From Octopus sinensis (lineage: Eukaryota), in the NCBI RefSeq assembly GCF_006345805.1, contig NC_042998.1, positions 77,128,001 to 77,192,000 of the forward strand: DNA of 64,000 bases, in the 5' to 3' direction. Both the position numbers and the translations under genes were made by a program. How positions within the stretch are numbered: the first letter of the stretch is position 1; each line of letters begins with the position of its first letter. Positions 40,168 to 52,059 of the stretch are shown here, one piece after another. The notes beneath the pieces are model-generated. The model was not told the origin of the DNA. It searched no databases and saw nothing but the letters and a program-made list of their open reading frames with translations.

Positions 40168-41169
40168 CTGTCTTTCTTTCTTTCTTTCTTTCTTTATATA
40201 TTTATATATACTACGCGGTAGTATTATTGATAACAAAATAGGAATCTTCAATTTCTTTTTAAGTAATATCAAGCAGGTATCAAAATTTTATTTTAAAAAT
40301 AAAACTACACGTACACTTCCACGATCTTAGATTGATTTTGACATATATACCTATATACATATTATATATATAAGCATCATATAAAAATATATTGTACGCA
40401 TAAGATCCACTCGACGTTCCATAAGAAAGTTAGAAATAAAAATTGCAGTAAAAGTTAGAGGTAATAATAACAATTGAATTAAATATAGTAAATATGGTAA
40501 GTAGTAATTAAAATAAAACTAAAGTATGGTAATTAAATCGTAATATAACAATTAAAAAAAAATAGCAATTAGTATAAAATGTATCAAGGATTTGAACTCG
40601 AATATGTGGCTTTGCATGAATGGGAGAAATTAAAAGATGAAAAATTTAATTTAGTGCAGAAGTGAATTAGTCCAGATGGAGCTTTGCACATACCATTTAC
40701 TATAGCTGCTAGATGGAATTATATGATTACAAAGTAGCATTCAGTACCTATGAAAATTTTGGGGAGTACGTAATGTCTGGTCTTTCGCATGTAGCAGGTA
40801 TGTAATTGTGCATTTGTTTCCGTGTACTATGCGTTGTGTGTAAAAAACATCCTGACGAGGGTAGTGTCAATTTTAAATATATGATATTTTTCATATTAAT
40901 TGGTATTTTATGTATTTTTATAAATTTGTATATGTATCTTCTATGTATTTTTCTCTAAAATTTTAATTCGTCTTTTTTATTATGTCATTGTATGTTTTAT
41001 TACCCCAAATTTTTAATTTAACAAAATTATACCAAACTAGCATTATGATTCGGCAACGCCGGGTCATAATGCTAGTATATATATATATATATATATATGA
41101 ATCTGTGTGTGCACGTGCGTGTGCGGGCGGGTGTATATATGTGTGCTGTTTATGTATATATACATACTT

Positions 41170-42740
41170 AGGATACTTTGATACTTTTTCGGCCAGTATT
41201 GGCCCAGGTCAAGTCTAACCTCATAGCACCACATGGCGAAGTCATTCAAATCAAGAATTTGACAACATGGTCCACGTGAGTAGTGAGTTATTTCTTACGT
41301 AGATATATCCGGGTGTATGAGTTTTATCCAGGATTTCTTGAGGGAATTTGTCCAAAGACTTCTCGAACGTTATGGTGTCTGTTTCTGCTTTAATGTGTTT
41401 TAGTGTAATGTAAAGAAAGCGGCGCTAATTGCGGTGAAATAATTGTGCCGTATTGTTGCTATGAGATGCGAGTGTGATTTATGTTGTGCACGGATTACAC
41501 TGGGCCCAAATCTTGGGTATATCCTACAGGTGATGCCAACATCATTTGGGCCATGCTGATATAATATTTTCCACTTCATGCAGATGATATAGCTTCCATG
41601 GCGACGTTGGAGAGAATAAAACTTGAGCTTTTCTAGTCGACCCCAATAGTCAGGGCCTGTCAGGCCATGCATCTTTTTTAAAATTGACCTTTGAAGTTCT
41701 TCAACTTTCATGATACTTTATTCCGTGTTTGGAGACCGTAGTGGACAACAGTATTGAAGGTTTGGTCGGGCAAAAGTGGAGAAGAGAAGGATAATGGTGT
41801 GAATATCTCTCGACTGGGAAGTTCTGAGAATCAAGGAACACATTCTGCGGCCCATGTCATCTTTGCTGTTTATATGAGCGGCCCAGCTTATATTGTTGTC
41901 CACAATTATTCCCAAGTCTCTGATATTGTTAGATGCCATGAGGGTTTCACCTGAAAGAAGGGAGAATGAGAGTTTCAGGATATCATTTTTTCGGAAGTTG
42001 ATTAACTCAAATTTGTCCTCGTTCAACAGCATATAGTTCTTTTCTGTCCATTGGATGAGATCCAGTAGGTCTGACTGAAATCATATCCAGTCACCCATTC
42101 CACTGATGATCATCTGCAAAGTTTCTTATGTTGCTGCTCTTGAGGATATTAGCAATTGTTATTGATTTAGATAATGAAAAGAAGTCGGCCCAACACAGTG
42201 TTTCGTGGAACACCACTACTGACTTCCCATGAGCTTGATTATATTTCTTCGACGACAACGGATTGAGTCAGGAAACACTTGATCTCTTGTAAGAACTTTC
42301 CAGAGACACCAATGCTGGAAAGTTTTTTTAAGAGAATCTTATGAGCAACTCCGTCACAGGCCCTGCTGAAATCAAGGTAGATGACATCGGTGTTAGAGCA
42401 CTCTCCCAAAGCTCTCAAAATGTCATCGAAGTGATACAGAAGTTGCGTTCGGCAGTTCCTTTCATTACGGAACCCATGTTGGTTGGGGTTAAGCAATCTG
42501 TTGCTTTCAAGAAAGTGGATTATTCGTGACTCCACTACCCCCTCAAATGTTTTGATGATACAAGAGGTGAGTGAGATCGGGCAATAGTCCTTTGCAAGTT
42601 ACTTGTTTCCCTTTTTGAAAACTGGGACAACGGACTGGTACAGAAATTTTTCAGAAATAAGTGAAAACTAAGTGTCATTTTAATTAATCTCAGCTCAATA
42701 CTAATTATCCAGTCATCCCTCGCGTACAACATTTTGAGGT
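41170..42740 (-). mobile_element. CR1-group LINE, 5'-truncated RT pseudogene (same family as 33215-33958)
   Basis: NQHGFR, VIYLDFSRA, RDLGIIVDNNISW, RPNLQYCCP and FYSLQRR; gatactttgatactt tail at about 41171-41185. Confidence 0.9.
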
Positions 42741-42984
42741 GGCTACATTCTTCCTAATCCTGTATCTGATCTCCATTGTTATCAAATATATTTACATATT
42801 CTTATGCACAAAATTAATGCATAATATGATACATATATGTATGTATTGAATTAAAAACATATACCTATAATATATTTGCATATTTTAGGTATATGTATAT
42901 ATGATTCACTATATATACAGAAATATATCTGTCAATATTATAATGTATATACACCTACACACACATTTCTCTCTCTCTATATAT

Positions 42985-43160
42985 ATATATTGTTTTTTCT
43001 ATTTTCTCTGCCTGTTTATTTCGGTGTTCCTTTCTATCGAAGAGCGTAGGATCAAAACGTAAAAGACTTTCTCACTGCTGGAGCGTTAAACGAATACATC
43101 TGTTAATTGTTTACACACCAGTCTTCGTCGTTTTTTTTTGTAAATTCTCACTATATATAA
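42985..43160 (+). mobile_element. Solo PLE terminal-repeat copy with mutated hammerhead-like motif (43030-43064)
   Basis: Homologous to 3340-3545; cttt CTATCGA a GAGC gtag GATC AAAA CGTA aaag. Confidence 0.7.
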
Positions 43161-43203
43161 ACATACATACATACATATACAAATGTGTGTGTGTATATAT
43201 ATA

Positions 43204-43319
<116 letters not shown>

Positions 43320-43335
43320 GCTCACTCTCTATCTC

Positions 43336-43409
<74 letters not shown>

Positions 43410-43851
43410 GATCTATCTATCTATCTAGCTAGCTAGCTAGCTAGCTAGCTAGCTAGCTATCAGTTAATCTATCAATCTCTAACTCTCTCTCTCTCTGTAT
43501 GTATTTATATATATATACACATGCAAAAATACATACAAGGAATCACAGTGAACTTGCAAAACTTTAACATTCGAAGCCTCTTAACAATTAACCTTTAATT
43601 TCTTGCAGAATTTACGAAAATCGAATTACGAGCATGAAGACAATTTTAAAATTTACACATAAAAAATAAATAAACGTATAATATTTACATATATATCACA
43701 ATGAAATTAAATGTGATAGAACGATAACAGTCCTCTTCTTCCTTTTCTTGGAGGAAAAATAACTTATATCAGTGCTAAGGCGCCGTGCTGTCAAAAACGT
43801 TAGCACGCTTCCGGTGCTTGTAAGCTATTTCGACAGTAATCTTTAGTGCTA

Positions 43852-44021
43852 ATATATACGACGGGCTTCTTTCAGCTTCCGTCTACCAAATCCACTCACA
43901 AGGCTTTGGTCGGCCCGAGGCTATAGTAGAAGACACTTGCCCAAGGTGCCACGCAGTGGGACTGAACCTGGATCCATGTGGTTGGTAAACAAGCTACGTA
44001 CCACACAACCACTCCTGCGCC
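43852..44021 (-). mobile_element. CORE-type SINE head and core
   Basis: Near-identical to 15980-16146. Confidence 0.85.
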
Positions 44022-44128
44022 TAAAGGCAAAGTCGACCTCGGCGGAATTTGAACTCAGAACGTTCAATCAGAAAAAATGTCTTTGAGCATTTTGTCTGGG
44101 GCGGTAATGATTCTGCCAGCTCATCGAT
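44022..44128 (-). mobile_element. Deu/Nin-like SINE 5' fragment
   Basis: aaaggcaaagtcgacctcggcggaatttgaactcagaacg is the reverse complement of the family consensus seen at 35107. Confidence 0.75.
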
Positions 44129-44134
44129 ATTATG

Positions 44135-44350
44135 TTTACAATTCACCTAAGACTAGGCCCCTTTGCAATGCGTCCCCTACAAAGGTCGAGATCACATCAC
44201 ATAAGAACATTGCGCTACAATTTCTTCACTGCAAATGGTCCTGCAATATTCAAAGTTATCCCGAAAGAAATTAAAGTAGAAAAGACCCCATAACTTTCAA
44301 ACGGTACCCCAACTAATTGCTCCAGGAAATACTGGATAAACTACCTACCA
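44135..44350 (+). mobile_element. CR1-group LINE 3' fragment
   Basis: TLRYNFFTANGPAIFKVIPKEIKVEKDPITFK...LLQEILDKLP parallels the 33302 ORF C-terminus. Confidence 0.7.
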
Positions 44351-44395
44351 GCCAATCTAAGTTATCTAAGTTATATAAACAAACACACACGCACG

Positions 44396-44468
<73 letters not shown>

Positions 44469-45109
44469 ACACACACATATATATACTAATAACTAAAAGT
44501 TACAACAAGAGAACTAAAATGGCAAACTTTTATTGTTTGTTCTAAATCATAATATGCATGTCCCAGTTTGTATTTTTCTACATATTTATATATAGCGAAG
44601 TCCGTACCCTCGTTGGCCTTATGTAAGTACATATTCCTGTAATTTGGTACGACTCTACACACTGTCTCTCTCTCTCCTACATTTCTCTGCTTTTCACACT
44701 TTGCATTCTACTTTAAACTGTCCCCTTCTCTCTCTCTCTCTCTCTACTTCTCCTCCTTTTCTCTTTTCTTGCCTCTGATTCTTTGATCTACTCTTCCTCC
44801 CCACTCTCTCACAATTCTCTGTCTTACTCACTTTGCACTCACTAGCCAATCCTTGGCACGCACTCTTTCTTCTCCCCTCTTTAATTCCTTCTTTCTCTCT
44901 CTTCTCTCCCTCCTTTGTTGCCTTCGTCCATCTTTCTCTCTCTCTCTCTCTTTGTTTCCTTTGCCCCCTTTCTTTTCTCTCTCTTCATCACGTGACCGCT
45001 GGTCAAAATCAGCCTTTTGGCCTCCGACTACTGCCGTGAGGACATCGTTGTCTTCGTCTGCCGATAAAGGCATTATTTCCAAATACGCCAGCTAAACTTG
45101 ATGTGCTGT

Positions 45110-45420
45110 TTATTAGTCGTAAGACACCCGCTGTTTTTGTCCTGTTTTTACCATTATTGCTTTTTGCATTTTATATTCGTGTAGCATCGTCCATTTTTCT
45201 GTCCCTGTTTCGTATACATTCGATCCTTCTTCCAAGAAATCTAATACTCGTACCTTAGTTTTTCCTTGGTGCTGATCGGATCGTATCGATCTCAAGATTA
45301 ATCAGCCGAAATTGCTAGGATGATCCGGTTCTTGACTGAAGATTGAAGGCTTTGAATGTCCTGTCCCTGTTTTTTGTATCGTCTTCTAAATGTTTTACGT
45401 TCTTGTCCCAGTTTGTATTT
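45110..45420. repeat. Copy of the unclassified 17085-17325 repeat
   Basis: Direct sequence match. Confidence 0.75.
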
Positions 45421-45422
45421 TT

Positions 45423-46658
45423 CGAGGAGTGTATGAAAGTTTTGAGCCTAACCTAGAAACTGGGCTGCTACAGAGCTGAAACTATTTTTTCTGATAAGTA
45501 CAGTCTTTTTGGAGTTGATATTTTAATTTTTTTATTGCAGATTATTGAATAAACAAGCTTCGCGTTTACAAGGAAAATGTAGAAAAGTGAGTATCGTGCT
45601 GTCATAAAGTACCTTCATTTGAAAGGAATGACTCCATCAGAAATCCATGAAGATATGATGAGAACCTTACAGACAATGCTGCATCATATGCAACAGCTGG
45701 ATAAATGAATTCAAGTGTGGCAGGAAGAGTGTGGAACTTGATCCTAGGTCAAGGAGACCTCCAACTGCAACCACCAAGGACAACCTTGACCTTGCTCTTG
45801 GTATGATAATGCAAGATCGCCGAATATCATGTCGTCAGATAGCCGCTAAACTGGCCATCTCAACTGAAAGAGCAGACAACATTGTGACAAAAGAACTCAA
45901 AGGCTTCTGCAAGGTGGGTCCCTCGCCCTTTGAGTCCTGAACAGAAACGCATTAGGTGCACTTTGTCCACGAACAATCTGAAACTGTTTGAAGGCGATGA
46001 AGAGAATTTTCTTGCCCGTTTCATTACTATGGATGAAAGTTGGGTTCATCATTATCAGCCCGAAACCAAAGAACAAACAAAGCAGTGGAAGTACACATCT
46101 TCTCCTACCCCAAAGAAGGCCAGGGTCATTCCTTCAGCTGGCAAGGTCATGGCATCCATTTTGGGGGATTTTCAAGGTGTCTTGCTGATCGATTACCTTG
46201 AGAAAGGTTACACCATGACAGGGCTGTATTATTCTCAGGTACTGAAACGCCTTCGAGAATTAATCAAAGAAAAATGGCCGGTAATGTTCACCAGAGGAGT
46301 CCTTTTTCGTCACAACAATGCTCCAGCCCACAACTCAGTGGTTGCCATGGCAATAACTCATGATTGTGGATACGAACTTATTCACCATCCGCCATATTCG
46401 CCAGACAAAGCCCCGTCTGACTTTCATCTACTTCTAAAAATGAAAAAAGCCCTGGCTGGTTGCCATTTTGCCAGTGACAATGACGTCATATACGATGTAG
46501 GAAGTTTCTTGGAGTATCAAACAAAAGAGTTCTTCTAGGCCGGGATAATGGCGCTTCAGCACCGCTGGAGAAAGTGTTCAGCCATCGAGGGAAATTATGT
46601 TGAAGTCTTTTACCATGTTTTGTTTCTTTGAGGCTCAAGACTTTACATACACCCCTCG
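45423..46658 (+). mobile_element. Full-length decayed mariner (DD34D, irritans/Himar1-like)
   Basis: TIRs CGAGGAGTGTATGAAAGTTTTGAGCCT and AGGCTCAAGACTTTACATACACCCCTCG. Transposase FITMDESWVHHYQPETKEQ, HNNAPAH (second D mutated), HPPYSPDKAPSDFHL; frameshifts and a stop. Confidence 0.93.
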
Positions 46659-46715
46659 TGTATATATATATAATATATGTATATGTATATATGTATGTAT
46701 GTATGTATATATATA

Positions 46716-46782
<67 letters not shown>

Positions 46783-46802
46783 AGTGTATATATATATATA
46801 AA

Positions 46803-46861
<59 letters not shown>

Positions 46862-46979
46862 TATAGATATAGGGTAAAGAATTACTAATTTAATAATTAA
46901 TAAATTTTACCGAGTAGTTTGGTATGGAAATAAAACATTATCGATAAAAACATACAGAAAGTTTTTTTTTTAATTATAA

Positions 46980-47454
46980 ACATAATTAGGAGATTAGCAA
47001 AAGTTGCTTCACCACATACTGAAATTTAGAAATAGCAGCCAAAACTACTAATTCTTCTACTACAATATATCTCTACAGACAGCAATACTCGTAACCTACA
47101 TACGGAAAAAAGACGGGAAGAATATCGAAACTAACCAGCCTTCTGTTAATCATGTACGCGTTTCAAGGATTAGAATTTTGTAAAAATTCGTTTTCTTCGT
47201 CAGCAGGATATTAAAGATTATAAATTTATAATCTTGAATATCATGAATTTTTACACAATTCTAATCCTTGAAACGCGTACATGATTAAATAAAGGCTGGT
47301 TAGTTACGTTATTTTTTCTTCTTTTTTGCCTATGTGTATTACGATTATTGCTGTGTGTAGAGATATATTGTAGTAGAAGAATTAGTAGTTTTGACTGCTA
47401 TTTCTAAATTTCGGTATGTGGTGAAGGAAATTTTTACTAATCCCTTAATTATGT
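46980..47454. repeat. About 475-bp spacerless palindrome centred at 47224/47225
   Basis: Centre aagattataaa|tttataatctt; arms are complementary for about 230 bp, with a 15-nt deletion in the right arm. Confidence 0.92.
47149..47209 (-). ncRNA. Type I hammerhead ribozyme (canonical core)
   Basis: ATCCTG CUGACGA [AG..GAATTTT-TAC-AAAATTC..CTT] GAAA CGCG UA CATGAT. Stem I is 5 of 6 bp, stem III is palindromic ACGCGT, triplet is GUA. Confidence 0.72.
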
Positions 47455-47928
47455 GTGTATATATATAGATAAGGGACCGAATCAATTTAATGTAGTAAGC
47501 GTAGTTATATTATCAGGGCGCTGAATACTTAGAGGCTGTTTCAGATAAATATACAGTGGTAAAAGTTCAGACATACATCGAAGCAAGCAAGACGTGTCTG
47601 GTATGATTTTAGCTCTTAATGTCTATCTAAAAGGATCCCTCAAAAAAAATAATACTACATTATACGGCGCTCTGAAAACGTTTAGTAGGTATAAAGATTT
47701 CTATAAGCTATTAATACTATTTCCGTCGCTAACCTTTTTTTAAAAAATAAGCCTGTCGGCTATTTGCTACACCAGTATGTGATTAGTTAGCATTATACGA
47801 TATACTTTTTGGGAATGTTACTTACACACGAACAATATTCATTCATCGAACGGGAGGACACACCACCCTCTCCAAATTCGGCGCATGAAACTATGGGCAG
47901 CTCTTCTATCAATACTATGCGAGCGTGA

Positions 47929-48012
<84 letters not shown>

Positions 48013-48134
48013 TATATGCTCAGATTATGGATTAAATTCGTATCGATTTTATCATTTTAAAATTAAATTATTTCAGAACGTATCAGACAAGGTATTGGTA
48101 TGACTTCATAAATATGCTCTTCTGCAATAGAAGC

Positions 48135-48300
48135 GGCAAATGAAAAGCAACAAAAATATAGATTAATCATAAACAATGTTTCACTATTACGTAATTTTAT
48201 TTACGAAAGTGAGTAATACTGCGTAAGTAACATTACGTAATTTGTTAATAGTGAAACATTGTTTATGATTAATCTATATTTTTGTTGCTTTTCATTTGCC
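48135..48300. repeat. Perfect 55-bp inverted repeat (48135-48189 and 48246-48300) with 56-bp spacer
   Basis: Base-by-base complementarity of ggcaaatgaaaagc...ttcactatta. Confidence 0.92.
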
Positions 48301-48530
48301 TTGTTCGCTTACGTTTCTGGTGTTTGCTAAATTTTCTAGAGAACAATTCTTAGTGGTAATGACCATAGCGGATCTACTTCTAGCATTAGGGTTTCCACAT
48401 AGTGGTAATTCCCCCTTATATGTATGTAATACTATTTACTGAACCTCAGGTTTTTAATATGCTAGACCACTGGTGTTAAATTGATGTTATCAAAGTAATA
48501 TCCCATTTTCCCCCTCATTTTAATTTTAAT

Positions 48531-48581
<51 letters not shown>

Positions 48582-48594
48582 TTAAGCTTAACAT

Positions 48595-48925
48595 TATCCT
48601 TGGGGTTGGCCAGATTGGAGCAATCTCAAGAATAATCAGCCGATATTGCGACGATAATCTGTTGGTTGATTGAGGATAGAGGGCTTCGAATTACCCGTCT
48701 TTGTTTTGTATCGTCAATTTGGATGTTTTGTTGTCACTTTTTGTATCACCTAGCTGTCCGGATGTTTTGCATTCTTGACCCATTTTGTATTATATATATA
48801 TACTTTTTGGTAATGTTACTTAAACACGAACAAAATTCCTTCGTGGAACGGGAGGACACACCACTCTCCAAATTCGGCTCATGAAACTATGGGCAGCTCT
48901 TCTATTAATACTATGCGAGAGTGTA
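48595..48925. repeat. Diverged copy of the 17085 repeat plus a segment (48820-48925) duplicated at 47825-47920
   Basis: gaacgggaggacacacca..ctctccaaattcggc.catgaaactatgggcagctcttctat occurs twice. Confidence 0.7.
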
Positions 48926-48933
48926 TATATATG

Positions 48934-49007
<74 letters not shown>

Positions 49008-49026
49008 TTATTTATTTTATAGAAGG

Positions 49027-49077
49027 AGCTTCTACAGGACTAGAACTGTTTCATTCAAAAGAAATCATCAGGAAGCT
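49027..49077 (-). ncRNA. Mirror type I hammerhead ribozyme on the minus strand
   Basis: Identical to 49096-49146 except one base in loop III. Confidence 0.82.
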
Positions 49078-49095
49078 AGGTGACTCTTGTCACCT

Positions 49096-49146
49096 AGCTT
49101 CCTGATGATTTCTTTTGAATGAAACAGTTCAAGTCCTGTAGAAGCT
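49096..49146 (+). ncRNA. Type I hammerhead ribozyme (canonical core), predicted cleavage after 49140
   Basis: AGCTTC CUGAUGA T-TTC-tttt-GAA-T GAAA CAG-ttcaagtc-CTG UA GAAGCT. Stem I 6 bp, stem II 3 bp with U-U closing, stem III 4 bp, GUA triplet. Confidence 0.82.
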
Positions 49147-49228
49147 CCTTCTATAAAATAAATTAATTTACTCTGCTATGTATTGAGTACCTTATTTACT
49201 GTGGTTAACCCCGACTCAACCCGGGACC

Positions 49229-49286
<58 letters not shown>

Positions 49287-49844
49287 ATATATATATGTAT
49301 GTATTTAAGGAAACAAAATATACAATAAAAATGATAGTGATCAGAAGTTTGTTCAGGATGCTGACCAGAGGAATTTCTGTTCCAGAAAGTTGTACATCAT
49401 TTCTTTCTATATGTCAAATACCTAATCTTTCTCTCTCTGTCTTTGCTACCACCCTCACCGTTTCTATACCTGCTATTACTCCCACCCCAGTACGATGAAG
49501 TGTCATTGAATAGTGTGAGGTGAGGGGTGGGCAAAGTGTGACACACTGACACACAGAAATTTGTTTTCGCATTTATTATATTAGAAGTTATAAATAACAG
49601 AGAAATGGTTTTATTAAATTTTGTCTAACTTCAAGAAAATTCTAATACGACAAATTGTTTCATAACTTCAAAGTCCTGTAAATAATTTGTATTATTATAT
49701 TTAATAATAAATAAATTACTTGCTTGTCTGCATTGATGCAAATTGCAAAAAAAATCGTTAAAAATAATACCGAATTTAAGCTACGTCTTCAGGTGTACGA
49801 TAGTCTTGTGTTAGGTACTAAATTCCCGACGTTTAAAGGCATGG

Positions 49845-50320
49845 ATTATTGACAGAACGCTCCAATAGAAACAACAGTTCGGTGCTAACATAACATATCA
49901 ACTGTTATTCTGTAGGACAGGGAACATTTGTCTTGTACTGCTATAGAGGTCAGCTGATCAGCGGATGTCAATGTACTATCAAACGAACATTTGTGGTTAC
50001 AACACTTAAACCATGATTGTAATTTCTTATTTGTACATATCCTCATATGGTGCATTAGAATAAATACCAACAAATTTACAAAAAAGACAAAAACAATCAC
50101 AATAAAACTAGAAATACCAGGTTTTTCGAAGAAGGAGCAAAGCAAACTGATGTGGAGATTCCAGATCCAATCTATTAGCGACACAGTGAATACTTATCAA
50201 AAGGATTTACATTTGCGATTTTTGAATGAATAGGTGCACAGAGTTCGATGCATCGACAGCTCAACAAACATACCAACACAACCGCATATCAAAAAACACC
50301 GGGAACTCCCTTACCTTAAA
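49845..50320 (+). mobile_element. Second copy of the ancient LINE-like remnant
   Basis: Collinear with 870-1320. Confidence 0.45.
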
Positions 50321-51345
50321 AATTCTTGTCACTATTTTATAGACCGACTTGAACTGTCTTTACTGGAATTCAATGAAAAAACATACATACATACATACAT
50401 ACACGCCTACAAACATGCGCGTGTGTGTGTGTGTTTGTGTGAGCATATATTAGATGAAGTTTATCCATTTCTCTCACACAGCAGAATAGTCGTACGGTAG
50501 TCTACGGAAGTCAAAATTATTCTAAATATTTTTGTTGCTTAAATCTTTGAACTTTCCCCATCTTACAAATGGGCATAATACCGTTATTAATCATTGATTA
50601 TATCGTGGTTTTACGAAGGAAATATCGCGACAACAGCGTGCTCCTAATTTAGATTAAATATAATTGTCCTTAGTCTCATGTATTTTGCATTTTCTGAAAA
50701 ATTACAGAGCATTGAAGCATTCTAACATATTTTAATAGAAGGAACACATCGCGCAAAACATGAACAACTCGGCAAATAAACGCAAAGCAGGATATCAACT
50801 TTAGATTATAATATTACAAGCAATTTTGGATGATTTCTTTTGCAGACATTAGTTATTGATTTCTTATTATAAAGATATTGATTTCTTATAAAGAAGTCAA
50901 GATAATAATGTAACCGATGTTGAGATCATAGAATATTTTCAACAATATCAACACGGTATAATACAAAATAGGTTATTCTGCGACATATTAACACAAAAGT
51001 TTGAAAGCAAATATATCTGTGATTGTATGTATGTATGTATGTATGTATGTATGTATGTATGTATGTATGTATGTATGTATGTATGTATGTATGTATGTAT
51101 GTATGTATGTATGTATGTTTGTATGTATGTATAGTCTTTTATTCTTTTATGATTTATGTCTTGTAGGGTTACTAATCAGTATCCTCACCTTTTCAATTGC
51201 GATTCTCAAGTGGTTGGCATTTGCTACCTTGCAGATGGAGGTAGATTGATATTGCTCATCTCGTTTTAGTTTCTTGCCGTGATGTATACATTTATAGATA
51301 TCTATTTGGGTTTGTGTGTGCAAAAATTATAAATACACAGCCCGG

Positions 51346-51397
<52 letters not shown>

Positions 51398-51407
51398 TAT
51401 AATATAT

Positions 51408-51441
<34 letters not shown>

Positions 51442-51456
51442 AAATCAAGGAAAAAT

Positions 51457-52030
51457 GCTAGTTTTAAAATCTCTCTAAGAGATCAATGCAGTAGTTGTAC
51501 TGCCAATTAATATTGGTAGCCACTATAACATGGCTGTCTATTCGAGCGGACTCTACAGCGATTTTTTTAACCCCAAGAGAACATCTCCTCTAGCTGGTTA
51601 ATGATGCACAGCTGCATCTGATAAAATTGTTCGAACAGACAGCCATGTTAAAGTGGCGACGAATATTACTTGTCATTACTTCCACTGCGTTGATCTGTTA
51701 GAGATATTATAGAACTAGCAATTTTGCTTGTTGCAAAATCAGCGACTGTTTTGTTCGCTTGAAATCTATATATTGCGTGCAGAAGCGAGCTGCTATGATC
51801 TCTAGCAGACGAGGTGTCCAGTACTGGGGAGCGGCAAAAATAGCCCCAACTCAGGACTTGTCTACTGGTCACGTCGATCGGAAATGGTAGGGGTTCGCTT
51901 CCCCGCACGCAATTTTATCGGATGCAGCTCTGCAGCGTTAACCAGCTAGAGGATATGTCCTCTTAGGGTTGAAGAGATCGCAGTAGAGTCCGCTCGAACG
52001 GACAGCCATGTTAATGTGGCTACTAATATT
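51457..52030. repeat. Compound foldback: arm A-B-C (51457-51629) with two partial inverted partners B'A' (51630-51719) and C'B' (51910-52030)
   Basis: aacatggctgtc pairs with two copies of gacagccatgtt; cctctagctggttaa pairs with ttaaccagctagagg; gctagtt pairs with aactagc. Confidence 0.85.
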
Positions 52031-52059
52031 ACTTATATATATATATATGTCAGTAAATG

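Larger units (their letters stand above)
49010..49163. repeat. Near-perfect palindrome: 75-bp arms, 4-nt loop, one mismatch
   Basis: 49010-49084 is complementary to 49089-49163; loop tctt. Confidence 0.95.

Noticed and set aside
50313-50370. Minus-strand micro-exon candidate ending in AAG|gtaagg
   Set aside because: Stops in all three frames, and it abuts an old repeat.
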